From an uncultured Gammaproteobacteria bacterium (GTDB lineage Bacteria; Pseudomonadota; Gammaproteobacteria; JAGOUU01): a DNA stretch of 64,000 nt. Of the stretch, positions 9,631-19,619 are shown piece by piece. Under the pieces are notes generated by a model, which was not told the DNA's origin, made no database searches, and saw nothing but the letters and a program-made list of their open reading frames with translations. Each line of letters starts with the position of its first letter. The stretch's first letter is position 1. Both the position numbers and the translations under genes were made by a program. The DNA lies in the NCBI GenBank assembly GCA_964609155.1, contig CAZSRF010000007.1:839-64838 (forward strand). Direction: 5' to 3'.

Positions 9631-10572
9631 TCACTTATTACTATCAACCGAAAGTTCTTTTTCTTCTTCACTATTGTAAAGTGGCTGATAAAATTTATGT
9701 GAAAACTCAACTAATTCTTTAACATTTAACACTGGAAACTTTTGCTTTTTATAAACAAACGATAATGTATTAGTAAATGATGGCGTCAAGTGCAGTGTTT
9801 TAAGACGGTTAGTTTCGATGTCTTTTGCAACTGAACTATGAGGCAAAACTGATACTCCCAATCCACTTTCAACCGCATTCTTAATAGCCTCTATACTTCC
9901 TAGTTCCATTAAAATATTTAGTTTATCGTAATTCAATCCGTTAGCAATTAAATATTTAGTGAAATCTGTATGAATACCCGAACCCTGCTCTAGTAAAACT
10001 AAAGGTTGAGTAATCAATTGATTGATATCTATGTTATTGCCTTGCGCTAGCGGATGGGAAGGACTACAAACAGCAACCATTTCATCATAGGTTATTTTTT
10101 CTGTTCCAATCATCTTGTTATCTAACTCTGTATCTATAACTCCAATATCAATAATGCTATTTTCAACCATAGAAGCAATACTGCCTGTATGCGACAATTT
10201 AAGCTGAATATTTACTTCAGGAAAATCTTTCTTAAATGCTACTAATAATTTAGGCAGGACATAGTCTCCTATAGCAATGGTGGCTCCTAAACGCAGAGTC
10301 CCAGATACATTACCAGTGACCTCCCGTATTGAATTCTCCATTTCACGATAGAGATCAAAAAGCTTTTCAGAATACTCATACATTCTTCTTCCAGCTTCTG
10401 TAAGATTGATTTTATTATGTGATCTATCAAACAACCTGGCATTAAAGGTCTCTTCCAACTGTCTTATCTGAAATGTTACAGCCGGTTGAGTCATTTGTAA
10501 AACTTCAGCAGCTTTTGTAAAACTAAGTAATTTTGCCACCGTATGAAAAACTTGCAATCGCTTATCGGCCAT
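9631..10572 (-). CDS. LysR-family transcriptional regulator
   Basis: An N-terminal HTH is present (FHTVAKLLSFTKAAEVLQMTQPAVTFQIRQLEE), followed by a LysR substrate-binding domain. Confidence 0.8.
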   Translation of the reverse strand: MADKRLQVFHTVAKLLSFTKAAEVLQMTQPAVTFQIRQLEETFNARLFDRSHNKINLTEAGRRMYEYSEKLFDLYREMENSIREVTGNVSGTLRLGATIAIGDYVLPKLLVAFKKDFPEVNIQLKLSHTGSIASMVENSIIDIGVIDTELDNKMIGTEKITYDEMVAVCSPSHPLAQGNNIDINQLITQPLVLLEQGSGIHTDFTKYLIANGLNYDKLNILMELGSIEAIKNAVESGLGVSVLPHSSVAKDIETNRLKTLHLTPSFTNTLSFVYKKQKFPVLNVKELVEFSHKFYQPLYNSEEEKELSVDSNK

Positions 10573-10809
10573 AGTCTTTATCCTTACTCATCTTTGATAT
10601 TATTATAATTGTCTATACTTTAGATTATAGTAAGAATTTTTAAATTAAGTATGATTATCAGGGCATCAATGTAATTTTTTTACAAATTTATAAATCTTAA
10701 TAACTAACTCAAGATATCAAGCAATATCAATAGCATCAGATATTTGGTTCTTTTGTGAGAAACAACTATAATAGCGATACTAGAAAATAAAAATAATAAT
10801 AATAGTCAA

Positions 10810-12294
10810 ATGCCTCCTTTTTCAAAAAAAATACTCATTCTCTTAAGTGTTATCATTAGTATACAGGTGCAATCTTACAATTTACCCGACATTGGTAACT
10901 CTTCTGCTATTTCTTTGTCATATAAAGACGAACGCATTCTAGGAGAGCATATCTATGTAGATGTTCAAAGAGAGTTACCCTTGATTAATGACCCACTTAT
11001 CGAAGCGTACATTCAAAACTTGGGTACCAAACTATTAAATAGTAGCAACAAGCATTATGAAGACTTTCATTTCTTTATCGTCGATAGCACGCAAATCAAT
11101 GCGTTTGCACTTCCTGGAGGATATATAGGTGTTAATCGAGGTTTAATAACTGCAGCAGAAGATGAAAGCGAATTGGCTGCCGTTCTGGCTCATGAAATAA
11201 CCCATGTAAATCAACGTCATATAGCAAGAAGTTTTGAAAAGCAACAACAATTACAACTACCCATGATTGCTGGTGTCATAGCTGGAGCTCTAGTCTCCGC
11301 CTACAATCCTTATGCTGGCCAATCTTTGATAGCTGGATCTATGGCTGCTGGTAATCAAGCCTTAATAAATTACACTAGAAGCAATGAAGAAGAAGCAGAC
11401 CGAATAGGTATGTCAGTGTTAGTAAAAAGCGGTTATTCGCCTTATAGTATGGGATCATTTTTTAATAAACTACAACGCGGCTCGTACGCCGATAAAGACA
11501 GTTTTCCAGAATATTTAAGAACTCACCCAGTAACCGATAATCGTATCTCTGATGCAAATAGCCGTGCTGATGAGATCTTTATCGGCAAAAATAAAAATCG
11601 AAATAAATCTCAAATGAAACTAACTCTTCAACAAGTACCAACTGTCTCCAACCAAAATGAAGACGAAATTAATTTTGTGCTTATCAAAAGCTTACTTAAC
11701 TATAATAAGAATAATAATTTACGCGCGTTTAAATATAGCGAAGATACCGGTGCCCAGCAATTTGCTATGGGGTATCATTTATTAAGAAGCAATAATTTTC
11801 AAGAAGCCAATGGTATTTTTAAAAATTTACATGCTAAATTTCCTAAAAATACAACTATTACTTCTTTATATGCTGAAACGATGAATAAAGATCCAAAAGC
11901 CGCGCTATCACTATTAGCTGAACAATTAAAATTTACCCCCAATAACACTACAATTAGCTTACAATATGCAAGACTAGCTTTGGCAAATAATCAAATTCAA
12001 GAAAGCATAGATATACTAAAAAAAATAACGAAATCTTCTAATAGTTATCCACCCACCGTCAATCTTTTACTAGCTGAGTGTTACAACAAATTAAATCAAA
12101 AATGGCAAGCTAATATCGCTTATGCCGATTACTCTATCCAGAAAGGTGATTTATCAGCGGCCATTATGCAGTTAAAATCTACAAATAAGTTTGATAAACT
12201 TACAAACTATCAACAGAAAATAACTGATTATAAAATTCAACAATTAGAAGAACGATACAAAGAACGTCAAGAACAATTAAAAGCATGGCTATAG
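10810..12294 (+). CDS. bepA: Periplasmic M48 zinc metalloprotease with C-terminal TPR repeats (BepA/YfgC-like)
   Basis: It has a signal peptide, an HEITHVNQRH (HExxH) motif and a downstream EEADRIG motif. The C-terminal half is TPR-like. Confidence 0.7.
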   Translation: MPPFSKKILILLSVIISIQVQSYNLPDIGNSSAISLSYKDERILGEHIYVDVQRELPLINDPLIEAYIQNLGTKLLNSSNKHYEDFHFFIVDSTQINAFALPGGYIGVNRGLITAAEDESELAAVLAHEITHVNQRHIARSFEKQQQLQLPMIAGVIAGALVSAYNPYAGQSLIAGSMAAGNQALINYTRSNEEEADRIGMSVLVKSGYSPYSMGSFFNKLQRGSYADKDSFPEYLRTHPVTDNRISDANSRADEIFIGKNKNRNKSQMKLTLQQVPTVSNQNEDEINFVLIKSLLNYNKNNNLRAFKYSEDTGAQQFAMGYHLLRSNNFQEANGIFKNLHAKFPKNTTITSLYAETMNKDPKAALSLLAEQLKFTPNNTTISLQYARLALANNQIQESIDILKKITKSSNSYPPTVNLLLAECYNKLNQKWQANIAYADYSIQKGDLSAAIMQLKSTNKFDKLTNYQQKITDYKIQQLEERYKERQEQLKAWL

Positions 12295-12314
12295 ATTACA
12301 GATACCACTACTCT

Positions 12315-13031
12315 TTAGACCTGCCAGTCTATAACTTCTTGATTATGACTCCGTAAATATTTATTAATAGTAGAAAAATGTTTACACCCAAAAAAACCTC
12401 TATAAGATGACAACGGTGACGGATGCGCTGAAGTCAAAACTAAATGTTTATTTGTATCTATTAAATTAATCTTTGCTTTGGCTGGCGAACCCCACAATAC
12501 AAAAATTAATTTATTTTTATCATGACTCAATATCTTAATTATACTATCTGTGAACATCTCCCAACCCTGGTTGCGGTGTGAGAAAGCCTGATTTGCTCTT
12601 ACTGTCAGCACGGTATTTAATAGTAACACACCCTGTGTTGCCCAATGAGTTAAATTACCATGTTTAGGAATAATAAATTTCTCACCATTACTATTAAGAT
12701 CATCAGCAAGTTCTTTATATATATTTACTAAAGACGGTGGTGATGCAATGCCATTTGGCACGGAAAAAGCTAACCCATGTGCCTGCCCAACCCCATGATA
12801 GGGATCTTGCCCTAAAATAACAACTTTTACTTTATCGAACGGTGTAGTATTTAACGCATTAAAAGTTAAATTATTTGGAGGATAGATAGTTTGACCATCT
12901 TTTTTTTCTTTAACTAGAAATTCTTTTAGATTTGCCATAAACGGCTGATTAAAAACATGTTCTAATTTTTTTTGCCAGGATATATCTAAATTTTTCACCA
13001 TATCATGCCATATAGAGTAAGTAGTAGACAA
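12315..13031 (-). CDS. ung: Uracil-DNA glycosylase
   Basis: Motifs VVILGQDPYHG, GVLLLNTVLTV and HPSPLS are present. Confidence 0.85.
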   Translation of the reverse strand: MSTTYSIWHDMVKNLDISWQKKLEHVFNQPFMANLKEFLVKEKKDGQTIYPPNNLTFNALNTTPFDKVKVVILGQDPYHGVGQAHGLAFSVPNGIASPPSLVNIYKELADDLNSNGEKFIIPKHGNLTHWATQGVLLLNTVLTVRANQAFSHRNQGWEMFTDSIIKILSHDKNKLIFVLWGSPAKAKINLIDTNKHLVLTSAHPSPLSSYRGFFGCKHFSTINKYLRSHNQEVIDWQV

Positions 13032-13061
13032 CAGAACTTACTCATAATAGTACTATGGAGT

Positions 13062-14732
13062 CTAATAGATAGTCAAAGGAGAAATCATTTCACCGCAAAC
13101 GTTTGATTGAGCTAGTGGAGCATCACTTTCTAATGGTATTGGTAATGGCTTTTGTTGAAATTTATAACAATGATAAGTTCGCATAGGTTTCACTGCGGCA
13201 GCCACATCTACTCCTGGTGCAACAGAATCTGCTACTCCAGCTACTCTAACTACTCTAACTACTCTAAGAGACGCTGGATAGTCTGAAGCATCAGGTAAAG
13301 GGCTAAATGCATCAATAGACGCTTTGCTGTTAGCAGTAAAAGACGCAGTATAAATTAGACCAAAAGCTAAATACTTTAAAACCCACACACTAGTTAACAA
13401 CGCCGAAACACCTGTCGCTACTCCCGTTGCATTACCTATGCAAAATAGTACCAACACACCTATAATTGTGTAGTTTATAATATTATTATACCATCTCTTA
13501 CTACCTAAATTTAAAGGATCTGTCGACGACTCAGCTTTCGTTCTATCTGCCGTCCCACTAAAGTATCTGTAGATGGTGTTTTTAATTGTGCCTAAAAACT
13601 GATATAAATTTTTGCCGTAAAATATACCATTTAAGCAACCAAGAACACTTATTATACCTGCTGATATTTGACTGGTAGTGATGCCAAAACCAAATAAACT
13701 TGTTAGTAATTGAAAAGATTCATTATAAAACCAAAGCTGAGCAAAAATAATCGCCGCTGCTGATAAACTAAGAGAAATCAAATCTGAGAAACCTAATTTC
13801 TTCCAACCAGATTCTGCAAAGAATTTTTTAAAACTTAAATAAGTCTTGTAACAAATTGGCTTAAATAATGCTATATTGGCCAAAGCAGTAACCGTTGCAA
13901 AAAATACTGATGCGATAAATAACAAGGGCAATGATGCTGACATAACAGCAGCAGCGGAACCTAAGCCATAGATCAGCATCCCAGCTGGCACATAAATAGA
14001 ATTAAATAAAAGTATTCCCATCGCTACACCAGCGAATACAGTAATAAAATTTAGGACCTGTTCTTCAAAAGAATTTATTTTAGGTTTTTTTGCTGCTTTT
14101 TTCTCTGATTTAAAAAAATTTTTTATAAATGAATAAATATCATTTTTATACAAAAAATAACTTACACAAAAAGCAGATAAACCAAAAACTGCCACATTAA
14201 ATAATGTAAAAACTCCATAACCATAAACTGCTAAAGCTCCTTCTGGAAAGGCCACTAAGAAAGCCAAAGCGAAAGCTAAATATCCAAAAAAATCTTTAAA
14301 ACGACGACGGGAAATTCTTTCTTTTTTTAGATTATTATACTCATTCCATGTGAATTCTTTAGACAAATCATGCCTACTAATTAGATAATTAAGATTGTGT
14401 GCATCAAGATATCTATTGATAGCAACTTTGATTTTTTTTAAACCAGGATCTTTGTGATCACTAGTTACACTGTGCTTTATAAATGTCTGTAATAAAATAT
14501 TGGCAAAACCGTCCTGGGTTAAATCTTTGGCGTGTTCGCAGCAAGCAGTTTGCAAGTCCTCTATAAACTTGTAACGCTTGGTATTTATGGCACATTCAAG
14601 TATATCTAAAAGATTTGCGTCGTAGTAACCACTAAAAAAAGGAATTTTGTTGAGTTTACTTTTTACATAATAACCTAAAGCGCTTGATTCGGTTATTATC
14701 CTAATAGTTCTTAATTCTCTTTCTACACTCAT
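13062..14732 (-). CDS. Hypothetical polytopic inner-membrane protein with a ~150-aa soluble N-terminal domain and an Arg/Val short-repeat C-terminus
   Basis: About 8-10 hydrophobic helices follow a charged N-domain. The C-terminal RVVRVVRVAGVAD is encoded by a 9-bp DNA repeat. No known family was recognised. Confidence 0.4.
   Translation of the reverse strand: MSVERELRTIRIITESSALGYYVKSKLNKIPFFSGYYDANLLDILECAINTKRYKFIEDLQTACCEHAKDLTQDGFANILLQTFIKHSVTSDHKDPGLKKIKVAINRYLDAHNLNYLISRHDLSKEFTWNEYNNLKKERISRRRFKDFFGYLAFALAFLVAFPEGALAVYGYGVFTLFNVAVFGLSAFCVSYFLYKNDIYSFIKNFFKSEKKAAKKPKINSFEEQVLNFITVFAGVAMGILLFNSIYVPAGMLIYGLGSAAAVMSASLPLLFIASVFFATVTALANIALFKPICYKTYLSFKKFFAESGWKKLGFSDLISLSLSAAAIIFAQLWFYNESFQLLTSLFGFGITTSQISAGIISVLGCLNGIFYGKNLYQFLGTIKNTIYRYFSGTADRTKAESSTDPLNLGSKRWYNNIINYTIIGVLVLFCIGNATGVATGVSALLTSVWVLKYLAFGLIYTASFTANSKASIDAFSPLPDASDYPASLRVVRVVRVAGVADSVAPGVDVAAAVKPMRTYHCYKFQQKPLPIPLESDAPLAQSNVCGEMISPLTIY
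13241..13278. repeat. 9-bp tandem repeat (tactctaac-like) of about 4 copies, in frame within the membrane-protein gene
   Basis: The sequence is ctactccag ctactctaac tactctaac tactctaag. It encodes the (RVV)n block. Confidence 0.7.
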
Positions 14733-14854
14733 TACAGCTACCCACTATAAAACTTCTGTATGTCTGTTATAAAACTACGTTACAATACTATTGCATAGTT
14801 GTAAAGGGGTACAATAAATAAATTCAGCTTTTGAATTGTGAGTTTTCTACGCTT

Positions 14855-15943
14855 TTACCCACCCGGACTGATTTCAATAGCATCTATTGCCATTAATTTA
14901 TAGTACTCGTATGTCATGTAAAATTCACCATTATCCCCTGATGTACTACCCCATGAATTACGTATTTTTAATACTTGTTGCGCATCGTTATAACCTACTA
15001 CAATAACTTCATGACCACTAGCCTCATTATTCGCAATTTGTTCGTCTAATTCTTTAAAAAAGCTCTCAAGTCCTGTCTTACTAGTAGGCAAAGCCCATAA
15101 ACCAGAAGTTTTATTATTAATAGGATATCCATTAGCATACTCAATTTTTGAAGGGTTGATTAAAAACCCCATAGCGACTCTATTGCCGTTATTTAAAGCT
15201 TTTTTTAATTCTTCAATATTGCCACTCTCAATAAATTTCCAGTTGAAATCTTTCGACCATTGGCCATTGAAACTTAAATTTTTATATTCATCTGTTGATA
15301 ATTTTTTATTTTTAACTGGATATTTATTTAAACATTGTGCTTTAGCAATTACTCCGTGACTTTGAACTCGCGCTAATTGGCATTCAGCAAAATAGCCATC
15401 CCAACCCGATAAATTATTACATAAATCATATTCAATGTTATTAGGTATATAATAAGTGCTACTTAACTCTAATAAACACTGTTGACTCACAAAATCACCT
15501 GCTTGCTTCAAAGCATCTAAAGCTGCAGTAATAGCAAAAGTAACACAGGTTCCCAAAGATCCTTGATCTAAAACAGGTACATTAGCCATTTTTAGATCCA
15601 CATTGAAATTTGTGTCACTCACATAAGATGGGGTTCCCTGTGTACCAAAACTTAAATGCTCATCAATAATATTTTCCGCTTTGTTTATAATACGCTGTTG
15701 AGATTTTGGGCTGATCTCTATTGTAGATAGTCTAATAGTCTTATGTTGTTTAAAGTACTCTTTTGCAAAAACTAAATCTAATGGACTATTTTCTAACGAA
15801 ATGCTTACAGATGTAGTACCAATTACATTGATCTCTTCAGCAGCTATAGTAGTAGTCTGCGAAATAGCTATATTAGACGTTACAATAAAAAATGTAACTA
15901 TAGATAGTCCTAACCAGTAATTCATTAAGTTAAACATACCCAC
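14855..15943 (-). CDS. Secreted papain-like (C1 family) cysteine peptidase
   Basis: A signal peptide is present. The catalytic Cys is in the QGSLGTCVTFA context, the His in GHEVIVVGY, and the Asn in an NSWGS motif. Confidence 0.7.
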   Translation of the reverse strand: MGMFNLMNYWLGLSIVTFFIVTSNIAISQTTTIAAEEINVIGTTSVSISLENSPLDLVFAKEYFKQHKTIRLSTIEISPKSQQRIINKAENIIDEHLSFGTQGTPSYVSDTNFNVDLKMANVPVLDQGSLGTCVTFAITAALDALKQAGDFVSQQCLLELSSTYYIPNNIEYDLCNNLSGWDGYFAECQLARVQSHGVIAKAQCLNKYPVKNKKLSTDEYKNLSFNGQWSKDFNWKFIESGNIEELKKALNNGNRVAMGFLINPSKIEYANGYPINNKTSGLWALPTSKTGLESFFKELDEQIANNEASGHEVIVVGYNDAQQVLKIRNSWGSTSGDNGEFYMTYEYYKLMAIDAIEISPGG

Positions 15944-16135
15944 CTCATCAAATCTCTAGAATGTAACTTACCACATGGGCTTAGTAAAGTAAACACCTTG
16001 TTGTAAACACGTTATTGACCTCCCTGTCTAAAATATATATAAGTTTAACTAGTTACCCTTAATTTACACTTAACGAAGCCTCTATCTCCTGATAAAATTT
16101 CCTAAATTAAATACATATAAGATCAAGGGGTTAAC

Positions 16136-17383
16136 ATGACTGCCAAAAATATTTTTTACGCTCAATCTGGCGGTGTTACAGCCGTTATTAATGCAACAGC
16201 CTGTGGGCTCATAGAAACAGCAAGGCAATTCCCTGAATTTTTTGGCAAAGTGTTAGTAGGTAAAAATGGCATTATTGGAGCTCTAAACGAACAACTTATT
16301 GATACTAGCCTTGAATCAAGCAACGATATCGCTAAGCTTAAATACACACCCGCAGGCGCTTTTGGATCATGCAGACACAAACTCCCCAATCCCAAACAAA
16401 ATATTGAACCTTATAAAAAGATCATAGAAGTCTTTAAAAAATATAATATTGGCTATTTTTTCTACAATGGCGGCGGTGATTCCCAAGACACTGCCCATAA
16501 AATATCCCAAATAAGCCGCGAGTTAGACTATGCTCTTGTTTGTATAGGTCTGCCTAAAACAATAGACAACGATCTACCTGCAACAGACACCTGCCCTGGG
16601 TTTGGCTCTGTTGCCAAATATGTCGCTGTTTCCATTCGTGAGGCCGGGCTTGATGTATTCTCTATGGCTGAAACATCTACTAAAATCTTTGTTATGGAAG
16701 TAATGGGTAGGCATACAGGTTGGATTGCCGCAGCGAGTGGTTTAGCAGCTGAATTAAAAAATCAAGCACCTCATATTATTTTATTGCCTGAAGTGCCTTT
16801 TGACCAAGACAGGTTTTTGGTCAAGGTTAAAGAATGCACTAAAGCGTATGGCCATTGTGCAATTGTTGTTTCTGAGGGTGTCAAAGATACAGATGGTAAT
16901 TTGCTGCAAAAAAGCGCCTTAACAGACTCTTTTGGCCATGCTCAGTTAGGTGGCATCGCACCTATCATAGCTAATATAGTTACAAAAAATTTAGGCTACA
17001 AAAATCATTGGGCCGTCTGTGATTACCTACAAAGAGCAGCACGCCATATAGCATCTAAAACTGATGTAGAACAAGCTTATGCACTTGGCAAGGCAGGTAT
17101 TGAACTAGCAATAAAAAACCTGAATGGTGTTATGTTGACTATCAAAAGAACCTCTAATAATCCTTATCAATGGGTCATCGACCATGTGCCCCTAGAAGCC
17201 GTTGCTAATCAAGAAAAACATCTTCCTAAAGAATACATCAGTGAAGATGGTTTTCATATAACTGCTCAATGTCGCGAATATTTAAGTCCTTTAATTCAAG
17301 GAGAAGACTACCCTCCATACAAGAATGGCTTACCGGATTACGTGCAGCTTAAAAATGAATTATTGACATTCCCACCTCCCTAA
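16136..17383 (+). CDS. pfk: 6-phosphofructokinase, PfkA family, possibly pyrophosphate-dependent
   Basis: The N-terminus QSGGVTAVINA, the motif GGGDSQ, and MGRHTGW with PKTIDND are present. Confidence 0.75.
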   Translation: MTAKNIFYAQSGGVTAVINATACGLIETARQFPEFFGKVLVGKNGIIGALNEQLIDTSLESSNDIAKLKYTPAGAFGSCRHKLPNPKQNIEPYKKIIEVFKKYNIGYFFYNGGGDSQDTAHKISQISRELDYALVCIGLPKTIDNDLPATDTCPGFGSVAKYVAVSIREAGLDVFSMAETSTKIFVMEVMGRHTGWIAAASGLAAELKNQAPHIILLPEVPFDQDRFLVKVKECTKAYGHCAIVVSEGVKDTDGNLLQKSALTDSFGHAQLGGIAPIIANIVTKNLGYKNHWAVCDYLQRAARHIASKTDVEQAYALGKAGIELAIKNLNGVMLTIKRTSNNPYQWVIDHVPLEAVANQEKHLPKEYISEDGFHITAQCREYLSPLIQGEDYPPYKNGLPDYVQLKNELLTFPPP

Positions 17384-17552
17384 AAAGAGGTGATTCCCTG
17401 ATTATTGCATTAACGCCGCACTTATGCACTTACTTGCTCTGCAAGCCAACAGGACATGCTGCTCTTTCAATTGTTGGATTATTTTTTTAATACATTACAA
17501 GCGATTTGATGCCGATTATATTTTATTTTTAAATTTACGTCAAAGTCGAATT

Positions 17553-18542
17553 TTATTTTGCTCGCTCGTACCCCATTAACTGTAATATTCTATTTGTATT
17601 AATTAATAAATTTTCCGCCGTCACACCACGGCACTCACTTAAGAATTGCCGCCATAACCTTGCCCCTGGCTGATCTTTAAACAACCCCATAAAATGACGA
17701 GCCATTTTTATCCAGGCTGTACCATTATTTAATTCACTTAATATGTAAGGATACAATTGCTCTAAAATATCATCGCGAGAGATAAGATTATTTTTATAAA
17801 TTATTTGACTAATTGTGGCCAATAAATAAGGGTTCGCATAGGCTGCTCGGCCAATCATTACACCGTCAATATGCTCTAGACTTTGTGTAATTTGGTGTAT
17901 ATTTTCAAATCCGCCGTTAATAATAATTTTTAAATTTGGGAAATCTTTTTTGATTTGATAAACCCGCGAATAATCTAACTCTGGAATTTCGCGATTTTGT
18001 TTAGGGTTAAGCCCTGATAACCAAGCTTTACGAGCATGGATAATAAATTTTTTGCAACCTGCTTTATTTACTATCTCAATAAAACGATATAAAAACTCAT
18101 AACTGTCATGGTTATCTATGCCTATACGCGTTTTAACTGTTACAGGAATTGAAACTTCATCTTGCATAGCTTTAACACTGTCAGCAACTAATAGAGGTTC
18201 AGCCATTAAGCATGCCCCTATCTTTGCTTTTTGTACTCTATCACTTGGACAACCCACATTCAGATTAACTTCACAAAACCCATAATCTTGTGCAAGCTTT
18301 GCACCAAAAGCTAGGTCTTTAGGTACACTACCGCCTAACTGTATTGCAAGAGGATGTTCCGCAGGCGTGTATCGTAAAAACCGCTGTTTATCTCCATAAA
18401 TTAATGCATTAACAGTAATCATTTCTGTGTACAATTTTATATGAGGAGAAAATAGTCTTAAAAAATAACGACAATGCCGATCTGTTAGATCCATCATAGG
18501 GGCTACAGAAATTTCAGGAAAGATTTCAGATTGATCGTGCAT
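17553..18542 (-). CDS. dusA: tRNA-dihydrouridine synthase A
   Basis: The protein starts MHDQSEIFPEISVAPMMDLTDRHCRYF and contains NVGCPSDRVQKAKIGACLM. Confidence 0.8.
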   Translation of the reverse strand: MHDQSEIFPEISVAPMMDLTDRHCRYFLRLFSPHIKLYTEMITVNALIYGDKQRFLRYTPAEHPLAIQLGGSVPKDLAFGAKLAQDYGFCEVNLNVGCPSDRVQKAKIGACLMAEPLLVADSVKAMQDEVSIPVTVKTRIGIDNHDSYEFLYRFIEIVNKAGCKKFIIHARKAWLSGLNPKQNREIPELDYSRVYQIKKDFPNLKIIINGGFENIHQITQSLEHIDGVMIGRAAYANPYLLATISQIIYKNNLISRDDILEQLYPYILSELNNGTAWIKMARHFMGLFKDQPGARLWRQFLSECRGVTAENLLINTNRILQLMGYERAK

Positions 18543-18672
18543 ACTTATATTCTAATAAAGCCCAACTAGGGACACACAAACGACAAATATTTATGTTTTT
18601 ATGTTCGCAAATGTGGTGGTATTATATTACAATCTTGCAATAAAACCTATATTTAAGCTCTAGAGAATACCT

Positions 18673-19194
18673 ATGTTTGATAAAATACCTCCTGGAAAAA
18701 ATATTCCAGATGAAATCAATGTGATAATAGAAATTGCAGCTAATCAAAACCCTATAAAATACGAAGTTGATAAAGTTTCAGGGGCTATTTTCGTTGATCG
18801 CTTTATGAGCACTTGTATGCATTATCCTTGCAACTATGGTTATATACCCCAAACTCTGGCAGAAGACGGCGATCCTGCTGACGTCTTAGTTGTAACGCCT
18901 TTCCCTGTGATTCCAGGCTCAGTTATAAGATCTCGACCTATCGGCTGTTTAATGATGTCTGATGAGGCTGGTACTGATATAAAAATTTTAGCTGTCCCAA
19001 TAACAAAATTGTGCCCTATTTATGAAAAAATAGCAAATTACCTAGATATGCCTGACTTACTAATAAAACAAATCGAGCATTTTTTCACTCATTATAAAGA
19101 TCTTGAACCAAACAAATGGGTAAAAATTGAAGGTTGGCAAGATACAAACGCAGCAAAACAGGCAATTCTAAATGCAGTAAATAAATATGTGTAA
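18673..19194 (+). CDS. ppa: Inorganic pyrophosphatase (family I)
   Basis: It is 173 aa and contains [20 protein letters not shown] and [13 protein letters not shown]. Confidence 0.9.
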   Translation: MFDKIPPGKNIPDEINVIIEIAANQNPIKYEVDKVSGAIFVDRFMSTCMHYPCNYGYIPQTLAEDGDPADVLVVTPFPVIPGSVIRSRPIGCLMMSDEAGTDIKILAVPITKLCPIYEKIANYLDMPDLLIKQIEHFFTHYKDLEPNKWVKIEGWQDTNAAKQAILNAVNKYV

Positions 19195-19243
19195 TAATAC
19201 TCTCGATGTATTATTAACATCTTTAATTCTATCTTAATTGATT

Positions 19244-19278
19244 GACAAATTAGGTAAAAACAGGCATATTCTGTTTTT
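19244..19278 (+). promoter_or_regulatory. Candidate sigma70 promoter of rpsT
   Basis: TTGACA at 19244 is followed by a 17-nt spacer and then CATATT. A GGAG RBS lies upstream of the GTG start. Confidence 0.3.
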
Positions 19279-19314
19279 AAATAATTAGTTATAAGTTTAT
19301 TCGGAGTAAGTTAA

Positions 19315-19590
19315 GTGGCTAATACCAAGCAAGCAAAAAAACGTGTTCGTCAAGGGCTGAAACGCCGCCAGCGCACAATGACATTACGCTCTATGATGCG
19401 TACTAGTCTTAAAAAAGTAGTTGCAGCAATTACTAAAAAAGAATCTGATAAAGCACAAGAAGCTTATCACGCAGCAACTAAAATAGTAGACAAAATGGTT
19501 ACCAAAGGGATAATCCATAAAAACAAAGCTGCTCGCCATAAAAGCCGTTTAAATGCTCAATTAAAACAACTTGGTTCTAACGCAGCTTAG
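19315..19590 (+). CDS. rpsT: 30S ribosomal protein S20
   Basis: The protein begins MANTKQAKKRVRQ and has a GTG start. Confidence 0.9.
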   Translation: MANTKQAKKRVRQGLKRRQRTMTLRSMMRTSLKKVVAAITKKESDKAQEAYHAATKIVDKMVTKGIIHKNKAARHKSRLNAQLKQLGSNAA

Positions 19591-19599
19591 TTTATTGTA

Positions 19600-19619
19600 A
19601 TCCCGGCGCCTAGCGGGAT
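19600..19619. terminator. GC hairpin between convergent rpsT and the DOT1-like gene, probably a bidirectional terminator
   Basis: The stem atcccg/cgggat flanks the loop gcgcctag. It lies immediately after the rpsT stop and overlaps the stop of the minus-strand gene. Confidence 0.4.

Noticed and set aside
16162-16395. 77-aa minus-strand ORF
   Set aside because: It lies entirely within and antisense to the well-supported pfk gene.
19196-19222. AT-rich hairpin (aataatac...gtattatt) after ppa
   Set aside because: The stem is entirely A/T with no T-tract. It is too weak to call a terminator.
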